A DNA stretch of 64,000 nt from Phaeosaccion multiseriatum (Eukaryota; Protista; Ochrophyta, other classes). The notes below the pieces were generated by a model. It was not told the DNA's origin. It saw only the letters and a program-made list of their open reading frames with translations, and searched no databases. A program made the translations under genes and the position numbers. Each line of letters starts with the position of its first letter. The stretch's first letter is position 1. Positions 52,401 through 61,053 of the stretch are shown piece by piece. Location: positions 1,364,001-1,428,000 of the forward strand of contig OZ218950.1 in assembly GCA_965112735.1 (NCBI GenBank), written 5' to 3'.

Positions 52401-55282
52401 GGCAGTTGAAGCTTGCATGGAGATCGCTGCTCTTTTCCAGAAGGAGAGACAGCAGCAGCAGCTGCTGCAGCAGCGGATGAGAGACAGGAGGGCTGTCTCT
52501 CTTCAGGAGGAGGCAGACCTCGAGGCCCAGCTCCGAGTTGTTGGCGCTGAGACAAACATCAGCAGCACTACCTCCTTCATGGAGCTGGGCATGGATTCCC
52601 TGGCCGTGGTGCAGCTGGTCAATACGCTGCAGGACCAGTTTGAGCTGCAGGAGGAGCTGCCCCTTGCAGAGGTGCTTAAGAACCCTACACCAGAGGGCCT
52701 CGCCGCACTAGTTGTGGAGCAGAGACAACAAGGCCTTCATGGTGGGGGGGAAGGAGAGCACAACTACTGCAGCAGCGTGCCTGCTCACGAGACGATGGAG
52801 GAGAAGGAGCCGCTGCTGTGCGCGAAGATGATGTCCTCTGTGGGCTTCAAGGTGACGCAAGTGGTGCTCATTGCGGTGCTCTTGATGCATGTCTTCGCCT
52901 GCATGATCCTGCCCTACCGCTACCTCCGCTGGCTCTATACGGACTCCGGTATCGAGACTTCGGTGTGGGTGGGGAAGGACTTGAGTCATCTCGCCGATCC
53001 AGAGTCCTCTTACGCCTCTCCAGGTGGGGTTGTGGGTTGGGGGCCTCTGGTCTCCTTCAGCATCGTCCTGTGGTTCCTGACGTACTCCACTTCCGTGGTG
53101 TGCGTCAAGTGGCTTGTCGTGGGGACGTATTTTGAGGGGACCGTCGCACTTCACGCATCGTACTATCACCGCTGGTGGTACGTGAATGCGTGTATGAATG
53201 TGTGGGAAGCGGTGGGCGGCTTTCTTACCCTCGGCACACCCGGCATCACTTTGTTCTACAAGCTGCTGGGTGCCGACGTCTCCTGGCGCTGCTCCATCTC
53301 CACCTTTCTCCGAGAGTTTGACCTCGTCACGATTGGGGCCGGCGCTTCGGTGACTGGCTCGCTGTATCCTCGCTCCTTCACGCCGTCAAGCATGGTCTTT
53401 CGCAGCATTGTTGTGGGTGCGGGCGCAGAGGTGGAGGCGGGGGCTGTGGTGTACGGCGGTGTGACGGTGGGCGAGGGCACACGGGTCGCTCGCCTGTCCG
53501 TTGTATACCCCCTGACGCGTATTCCTGCTGGTGATGGCGTGTGGGAGGGCAACCCGGCGCAGAGGAAACAGAGCCGCCACAGCGCCGAGGAGGGGGGTGG
53601 ACGAGCTGTGACGACCAACCCAGAGAGAGGCCTCCTGCAAGGTGTGGCGCGTATGGCGCTAATTACGGCTTCTGTCATGCTCGCGGCCTTCTTTAGCTGG
53701 ATGCCCGCCGTTGCGTACACGTTCCTTGGTGTGTCAAGAGACTTTCGATACGCAGGAGTCATGAGCACGGTGTTCAGAGTGTCTGGGGCCCTCCTGACGC
53801 TTGCCCTGTACCTGGTCCTGCTCAAGTGGGTCATTGCGCCGAGCTGCCTGCTTCGACCCGGCGTGTACACCGACAACTTTGGAAGGGCGCTTCGTCGATG
53901 GTACCTCGGCAAGCTTCACAGCCAAGTGGCGAGCTATGTGCTCGTCTTCGCCCGCTATCGCCTGTTCGACTGGTGGGCTAGGGCTCTGGGTGTGCGCATG
54001 GGAAGGGGAGCTGTGAACTCGGGTGACGGCCAGTACAATCCCGAGACGGCCCACCTCATTTCGCTTGGTGAGTGCGGGGCTTACTTGGTACTTTACTGTT
54101 TCTTGGCGATGACTCAGAGCGAGGCTGGACGGGGTACTTGTTTGCGCGTCTTGTCTCTTATAAACCCCTGATGCGTCTTCTACCACCAACGTACTTTTTG
54201 CAGGAAACGGCAGCTTTGCGTCGTACACCATGTTTGCCACGGATGACTCGGTGGGGGGGGGAAGACGAGTGCGAGGGACCTGCACCGTTGGGGACGATGC
54301 GCTGCTCGGGCTCATGACCATTATGGAGCCTGGTGCTGCCGTTCCGGCACAGCAAGGTGTTGAAATGTTCACCGCTGTAGCAGCTGGGGACACAGTCATG
54401 TCGACATGGGGTCAGGGCGCATTAGTGGGTGGAGGGAGGGAGGATGTGGCCTCATCTGCAGCGCTCTCGGGACCCGGCGCACTCACAAACGGAGACGTTC
54501 AGCGCTGGGCCGCCTTTGTCGCCAGAGAGATGTGGGGCACACTGCTGATGCTGGCGACCCATATTGGGACTCTGGTGGTGGTGGTGGAGGTGGGGACGCA
54601 ACTAAACCAAAGCTTAGCTGAGGAGCGCGGCATGAGCTTCGAAGTCATGCTGCCCCTGTACGGGGCCGTGTGCGGCTGTGCAGGAACCCTTGCCCTTGCC
54701 CTTCTCTTGGTGGCTTCCAAGTGGTTGATGGTGGGCAACTTTAGCCGAGGGGCGGATCCAAGCACGGGAGCGTGTATGTCCTCACAGGATATGTATCGGA
54801 GCGCGCGGACGCAGTACTTCCGCCTTCTGACCAGGATGCGACACTTCTTCCGACAGTTCATTCTGACGCCCCTTCTCGGTGGTACATGGCTATTCAATCT
54901 GTACGCTCGAGCGTCAAGCGCGCGACCGAAGGACATTTCGCTGGACGCACTCATCTTGGCGCGCGATGTGCATGATTTTGACTTTATCACATTGGAGGCG
55001 GGTGCCATACTTGACGTGCGAAGTAACTTGTTGGGTCATGTCCTTCGCCCAAGAGCTGCTGGTGCTGGTGGAGACGGTAGTACCGGGCTGCTGGTCATGG
55101 CCCCCTCTCGAGTGGAGGCAGGAGCAGTCTTTCACCCCCACGCCCGTATTAGCAACGGCACGGTCGGGAGTCGGGCCGAGCTCTTTGCCTATAGCGTGCC
55201 ACTCATGGGGCAGAGGCTGCGCGATGGAGGCAAGTACGGTGGCCGCGGAGTGCCAGGATTGCTCAAGAGCAAGCTGTCGTGA
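13444..55282 (+). CDS. Giant 8-KS modular type I polyketide synthase with C-terminal Pls/TIGR02353-type membrane domain, about 12,983 aa. Exons 13444-13766, 14094-14224, 14326-14400, 14544-14891, 15400-15909, 16383-17505, 17667-18444, 18604-23882, 23995-29043, 29221-35292, 35453-39739, 39895-45003, 45162-51395, 51513-54067, 54204-55282
   Basis: Exons sum to 38,952 nt (divisible by 3), and every junction is GT..AG and phase-compatible. Splicing restores continuous KS motifs (e.g. GFLSxDW|RCKTFD). Canonical KS (TACSSS, EAHGTGT, KTNIGH), AT (GHSLG, HAFH), DH (HxVxxxxxxP, LD), ER (HAASGGVG), KR (GGLGALG, YAAAN) and ACP (GxDS) motifs. Confidence 0.93.
13650..16810 (+). other. PKS module 1 (loading): KS with active-site Cys>Ser, then ACP; no AT
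   Basis: NTASSSSL (Ser codon 14702-14704), EAHGTGT, KTNLGHAE, then GMDSL. Confidence 0.88.
15945..16257. repeat. (TCAC)n microsatellite in PKS intron 5
   Basis: Directly visible. Confidence 0.95.
16885..23190 (+). other. PKS module 2: KS-AT(malonyl)-DH-ER*-KR-ACP
   Basis: DTLCSSS; GHSLG/HAFH; DHAVGGVVLMP; ER NADPH motif altered to HAASDGVG; KR with LDD; GLDSM. Confidence 0.9.
23255..28350 (+). other. PKS module 3: KS-DH-ER-KR-ACP (AT-less)
   Basis: KS end GTNAHVLL is followed about 25 aa later by LFPNRVAFPW and the DH motif EHAVGGVVLMP; no GHSxG present. Confidence 0.9.
28415..34600 (+). other. PKS module 4: KS-AT(malonyl)-DH-ER-KR-ACP
   Basis: DTACSSS, GHSLG/HAFH, DHTVNNVVIIP, HAASGGVG, LDD, GLDSL. 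Confidence 0.9.
34670..39050 (+). other. PKS module 5: KS-AT(malonyl)-KR-ACP (no DH or ER; hydroxyl-retaining)
   Basis: AT is followed directly by the KR structural region (LYVVEW). KR reads HAAGVTGAKG without LDD, catalytic QSAYAGAN; ACP GLDSM. Confidence 0.88.
39110..44310 (+). other. PKS module 6: KS-DH-ER-KR-ACP (AT-less)
   Basis: QTACSSS; KS end followed by LYPTRQAFRW and DHAVNNVVIIP; no AT motifs. Confidence 0.9.
44380..50580 (+). other. PKS module 7: KS-AT(malonyl)-DH-ER-KR-ACP
   Basis: DTACSSS, GHSLG/HAFH, DHAVNNVVIIP, HAASGGVG, LDD, GLDSL. Confidence 0.9.
50715..52720 (+). other. PKS module 8: divergent KS-ACP (no AT, no reductive domains)
   Basis: DTACSSS, EAHGTGT, KTSLGHME, HSYGVGGTNAH, then a Gln-rich linker and GMDSL. 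Confidence 0.85.
52840..55282 (+). other. C-terminal Pls-like (TIGR02353-type) membrane domain: three units of [two TM helices + hexapeptide beta-helix]
   Basis: Three KW(L/V) motifs close TM pairs (KWLVVG, KWVIAP, KWLMVG). Each is followed by a G(T)xxxxx(F/W)xRxLGx-like segment and hexapeptide repeats: FDLVTIGAGASV..IVVGAGAEVEAGAVV; HLISLGNG..CTVGDDALLG; DFDFITLEAGAILD..LLGHV..SRVEAGAVF. Confidence 0.8.
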
Positions 55283-55699
55283 GACTTCTGGAGCGAGGAA
55301 TCGACGGATTTCAGTCTATTGTATCGCTAAGAGTGCAAGCCGCTCTGTTGTATGTAGTACAGCTCTTAGTTCAAGGTTTGCAAGGGAGGGCCCTTCCTTA
55401 TCATGAAAATAGTCAAGGAGACTCGGTCGGAGGAAGAGAGAGAGGGAAGCAAAGCAGTGTATTCTATACTTAGTAGCCCGTAGGGGAACGTCGAGTGTCT
55501 CCAGGCAACACATCCGTCATCAGTACGCAAATGTCGCGAGGTATCTCCACCTAACAAGAGACTAGCTCTTTAGATTTATTGTTTCTCTTCGCCTCGACCG
55601 TCAGTTAACGCCCTCATCCGAGTGAGATACAAGACCTTCATCTCTCTCTCCCTGCGCAAGGAGTCACCGCGTGTCCTTGATGGTTATGGCTGCTACAGC

Positions 55700-57041
55700 A
55701 AGCAAGTACGGCACGCAGAGCAGTCCTGCTTGCTGTAGCGGGGCACACGCCTCCTTCGCCTCGAAACCTCCTCCCAGCTACCACACCTCCTCTCTTCCTC
55801 TCAGACCACGCGGGCGCAGCCTCCCTCTTCCAGTGTCAGCTCGTACCCCTTCTCTCCCATCTTGCTCACATTCAGCGTCGCACCCTCACCGCATGAAGCC
55901 GGGAAGGGTCACGAGCGAGCGTTCAGCCTTGCCTCCTTGCCGACGCGCACGCTCTCAACATACATTACCCCACCGTGCTCCAGAATGTGGTGTGCCTCTC
56001 CACCACAGCGTCATCCTCCAGGGTGAGCAGGTCGGGGTCTGGAACGACAAGGCAATCAATGTGCACATCCCATGACATTCGATCCGGCTCTCAGTCCTAG
56101 CAGGCGCAGAGGATACCACGGTAGGAGGGTGAGCCCGCGAACAGCTCAACGACAGGTCCCATGGCGAGAGTCTGGCAGGCTGTGGCAAGCAAAGATCCAA
56201 CGAACGTACTCCAAAGACGAGCATGTAAGGGAGTGGGCCTTCCTCCGGGCGGGCATCACGACCTACTTCAGTGCAGCAGAAGTTACCGCCACCAGCGCAA
56301 AGTACAAGATCAACCATAGCGGCAGCGTCACGAGGATGCTCTTGTCACCCAGCTGCAGCACGACTTCGCTGATGGCGAAACTCAGTAACGTGGCCAGGTG
56401 TACAGATGGAGAGCAAGTACACACGGCTGCAGCACCGGCATGAGCAGCATGGCGAATACTTGCAATGCACTGAGCTTCTCCGTCGACGCGCTGCCGGTTG
56501 CAATTTGCAGCAAAGGGCTGCCTCCAATCTGCCCCACCGCCGCAGTGGCCGGACTTGTTTGCAGCCTGCGGTCGCTAATGCTTCGTCGGGGCTCGTCCGC
56601 TCTAGTGGGATGCTCGCCAGGAGCATCACCATGGAAATGATATCCACACGAGGGGGCATGGAAGACACCCCTCCCTGTCCTTCAAGACAGATGGACCGTT
56701 CTTGGAGCTCGTCTCCCTCCTCTCGCACAACACTCAAAGCTCCAACCTCACAGTCCGCCGGAATGCTCGCGCCGGGCAGCGCCACGCAAAAGGCTCCGAG
56801 TAGCGCGATGTCACCGATTCGCACTGTGCCCGTTACACACGTAGCGCTGCCTGCCTTTCGCGTCGACCTCAAACATGCCCGTGATGGGGGCGGACGGAAT
56901 GCCTAGATGAGACTTCGTCCCGACGGAGAGCAACTCCGGCTCGTACGGGAACTCTGCGAAACTCGTCACACCCAGGTCAAAGCGAGCCCCTATGCTGGCC
57001 AGCCAAGCGTTCTCTGCCTGTGTCGCTACTGTAAAGGGCAT
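55700..57041 (-). pseudogene. Decayed paralog of the Pls-type membrane/beta-helix terminal domain
   Basis: Fragments NAWLASIGARF..YEPELLSVGTKS, GTVRIGDIALLGAFCVALPGASI, LK*VVMP..EYVRW (apparent TGG>TAG at 56263-56265) and VPDPDLLTLEDDAVVE lie in different frames with several stops. Confidence 0.7.
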
Positions 57042-57111
57042 AAGACCCCCCCCTCCTCCCCCTCGTCGTCGTCATCATCGTCCCCCCCCCCCTCCCCTAC
57101 TATCGTCCTTC

Positions 57112-60100
57112 TCATGGTTGTCCGAGAGGCAACAATCCGAGCTCTCTGCATGTGGCGGAGACAAACTGACGCACATCTATTGCTCGAGGGCGGAGGTTCG
57201 GGTTTCGCACTAAAGCGTATGCCAGGACTTGGGTCAAAGTGCCCCGCAGCTTCTCTTCCTCCTTCTTCTCCCCCTCCTCCTCCTCCTCCTCCTCCTCCTC
57301 CTCCTCCTCCATCTTCTTTTTCTTCTTCTTCTCCTCTTTCTCCTCCTCCGTCGCATCAAGCGTCGTTTCGCTTCTCGTATCACCCCCGCCGCCACTGCTG
57401 TTGCTGCTGCTGCTGCTTCTGTGACTCTGGTGCTCTCTGGCGTCGTTCCTTCTGCCCCCTCTGTAGTCGCCACCACCGCAGGACGGACTACAACGAGCTA
57501 CAACAGCTGCTGCTGCCGTAGCCGTATCACCAACTGCTCCATCATCATCAACACCATCCCCTTTCTCATCACCAAGGCTAAGCTGGAGAACGGTCATGCG
57601 CTGCGGTGGCGGGAGGGCGAAGGCATTGGACTGAAGCGTCACGAAGAATTCGCTATAGTCCATACCGTCGAATAGGAACTGAGGAGGGGGAGGGGGAGGG
57701 ATGGCAGTGGATGGAAAGAGACGAGGGGTGGGATGGAGGCGGGGGGGCGGGAGGGGGATGGCAGTGGATGGAGAGAGACAGGGGTGGGATGGGAGGGGAG
57801 GGGGAGGGAGGCATGGAGGTAGTGGTGGGGCGTGAGCGGGGGGCAATGGAAAGAGAGACAACGGGTAACATGGGATAGGATAGAGAAACTGCGTCCTCCC
57901 TATACAACTGCATACGACTCCCTTAGACTTCAAATCGAAGGTACTACAAGCCGGCCGGGAGCTCCCAACCTTCACGCCCCTCAAACTCGATCCCCATCCA
58001 TCCACTGCCATCCAACCTGTCCTGACACCAGCTCGTACAAGAGACAGCCCGCAGCCCACACGTCCACCGCAGCGGTTATTCGGAAGGGATTCCGAGTGCC
58101 ACCCTCGGTGTGAGCTGGGAAGGCATCATCAGAGGGGGCGGGAGGGAGGGAGGGAGGGAGGGAGAGGAGGGAGGGAGGGAGGGGAGGGGGAGAGGGAGGG
58201 AGGGAGGGGAGCGAGAGGGGGAAAGGGAGGGAAGGAGGGAGGGAGGGAGGGAGGGAGGGAGGGAGGGAGGGAGGGAGGGAGGGAGGGAGGGAGGGAGGGA
58301 GGGAGGGAGGGAGGGAGGGAGGGAGGGAGGGAGGGAGGGAGGGAGGGAGGGAGGGAGGGAGGGAGGGAGGGAGGGAGGGAGGGAGGGAGGGAGGGAGGGA
58401 GGGAGGGAGGGAGGGAGGGAGGGAGGGAGGGAGGGAGGGAGGGGAGTGGGAGAGGGAGGGCGTGGAGGGGAGAGGGAGACAGGAAGGAGGGAGGTGAGCG
58501 GAGGGGAAGTGAGATGATGCCGTGCGGGGGAGCGCACTCTACCATTTACTGAAATCGACGGGCCTCTACGGTTGGACTACGTCTTTCCCTCCTCCTCCCC
58601 CACGCACCTCGGAAAGAGTCCCTCCTCGCCGCAGCCATCGACTGCCATCCTCTTCCTCCTCCTCGTCCTCCTCCTTCTCCTCCTCCCTTGCCCCCCCTGT
58701 GGGCCGACACCGCCACAAGCTCTGGGGCCTGTATGCACTCCGTCCCTCGGGCCCTCGTGACCTCAAAAACGCGCTGCATTTGCTGCCATCGCTGTTGCTG
58801 TCCGCCCATCCCCACTGACTCCCATCCCTGCCCATACGCTTCCATCTCCTCCTCTGGCCCAAGGCGGTGCTCCGTGCCGATGAGAGCCTCACCAAAGTCC
58901 GTCACGCACACTAGTGGGGGTGGGGTGTGGGCAAGTGTCGTTTCAGAAGGGATCAACAAAGAGAAAGCAGGAATCAGAAAACAGAACACAGAATCAGAAA
59001 CAGAACAGGACGAAGTGTGACTCTCTTCCTTCTATGTCACACACACTTCCTCCCTCTTCCTCTCTCTGTCTTTCTCTGTCTGTGTCTGCGTGGGCAGCCT
59101 CGCACCAACCTGAGGGGATGAGGAACGCTGGACACTGAAGGGTCTCGGCTGTATCACCAACTGCTGCTGTATCACCAACGGCACTGGCAGGGCTGGGACT
59201 GGGAGGAAGACGCCTCACCATGACGTTATCGCACTTTAGATCAAAGTGCACAACGCCTCTCTCAGCCATAGCGGACACAGCGCAAAGGACTGAGGAGGAG
59301 GAGGAGGAGGAGGAGGAGGAGGAGGAGGAGGAGGAGGAGGAGGAGGAGGAGGAGGAGGAGGAGGAGGAGGAGGAGGAGGAGGAGGAGGAGGAGGAGGAGG
59401 AGGAGGAGGAGGAGGAGGAGGAGGAGGAGGAGGAGGAGGAGGAGGAGGAGGAGGAGGAGGAGGAGGAGGAGGAGGAGGAGGAGGAGGAGGAGGAGGAGGA
59501 GGAGGAGGAGGAGGAGGAGGAGGAGGAGGAGGAGGAGGAGGAGGAGGAGGAGGAGGAGGAGGAGGAGGAGGGTGATGATAGTGATGATGGATGAAAATGG
59601 TGATGATGACGGTGAGGAGGAGGAGCATGGTCTACGGCAAGATCGGATAGTAGTCAACGTTCTCTTGCAAGGTCGGCCTAAGGTACGACTTACCTTGCTC
59701 AAAGATGGCCAAATAAAGCCACACATCTTGCTTGCTTACTGCGACGGTCCTGCGGGCACGCCACTTCAGGTCAAAGCGGGGAGGGTGGAGGGAGGAGGAA
59801 GGCCGGGAACGGGTCAAGGCAGATAAACGCATACTAGGAGGAGGAGGAGGAGGAGGAGGAGGAGGAGGAGGAGGAGGAGGAGGAGGAGGAGGAGGAGGAG
59901 GAGGAGGAGGAGGAGGAGGAGGAGGAGGAGGAGGAGGAGGAGGAGGAGGAGGAGGAGGAGGAGGAGGAGGAGGAGGAGGAGGAGGAGGAGGAGGAGGAGG
60001 AGGAGGAGGAGGAGGAGGAGGAGGAGGAGGAGGAGGAGGAGGAGGAGGAGGAGGAGGAGGAGAAGGAGGAGGAGGAGGAGGAGGAGGAGGAGGAGGAGGA

Positions 60101-61021
60101 GGAGGAGGAGGAGGAGGAGGATGATGATGATGATGACGTTCCCCCTCTCTTCCTTCTCTCTCTCTCCTTCCCTCCCTTTCTCCCCTCTCCTCCCTCCCTC
60201 CCTTCCGGACTGACCTGCTTGAGGCTAACCTCACACCGCTCCAGCACCATCGTATAGTTCGTTTTTGTAACGCCAAAGTCGAGAAGGCGACACACCCCCT
60301 TCACATCCTTCAGCAACTGCAGTGCCCTCACCTCCGCAAACACGTCACAAAGCCCCGCCCCCCCGGGGGACTGAGCCCATAGAGGACCATCCTCCCGGGG
60401 GATGCGCTTGACCGCCACTGTACCTCTGCTGCCATTCTCACTATCATCACCATCTGTGAACGTGTTGTTGGTGTCAGGACAGCTGTTGCCCACCAAATTT
60501 CCCTGCCCCTGCCTCCTCATGGAAGGAGGTGCTCTCACAGCGAACACCTGAGAAGGGGTTGGAAGCGTATGGAGGCATATGGAGGTATTTGGAGGCATTT
60601 GGAGGCATTTGGAGGGTCAGGGTCAAAGAGTAGAGGTTGAGCCAGCCCCCGACGAGATGAGAATTACCCCACAAGACAGAGACTGACTGACTGACTGACT
60701 GGTTGATTACTGACGGACTGACTGCCTTCCTTCCTTCCTTCCTTCCTTCCTTCGTTCCTTCCACCAAGTGCTGGCTGACGGACTGGCTGACTGACCGACG
60801 GACTGACTGACTGACATCAGTTACTGACTGACCGACTCTGACTGACAGACTGACTGACTGATACCAGTAGTGAGGACTGAGTGACTGACCGACACCAGTT
60901 ACTGACTGACTGACTGACACACTAACTCACTGACTCACTGATACCGAGTCGACCTGACTGACCTACCAGACGCCAGGCATTGACTGACTGTCTGACTGAC
61001 TGACTGACTGACTGACTGACT

Positions 61022-61053
<32 letters not shown>

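Noticed and set aside
16358-55282. Reading the large ORFs as a bacterial-style cluster of separate PKS genes
   Set aside because: Each ORF stops mid-KS at a GT donor and the next resumes after an AG in matching phase; splicing yields one continuous protein.
13444-55282. PKS as the direct source of eustigmatophyte 13-/15-hydroxy C28-C32 acids and diols
   Set aside because: Only two or three extensions follow the hydroxyl-forming module, placing the OH at C7 or C9, not C13 or C15, unless modules iterate. The host taxon is also only inferred.
58076-60276. Poly-Pro, poly-Glu, poly-Gly, PSLP and EGGR ORFs
   Set aside because: Translations of intronic microsatellites.
60936-60978. Degenerate copy of the 61100-61145 exon/donor junction within the intron
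   Set aside because: Short local duplication inside a (CTGA)n tract with no usable acceptor; unlikely to be an alternative exon.
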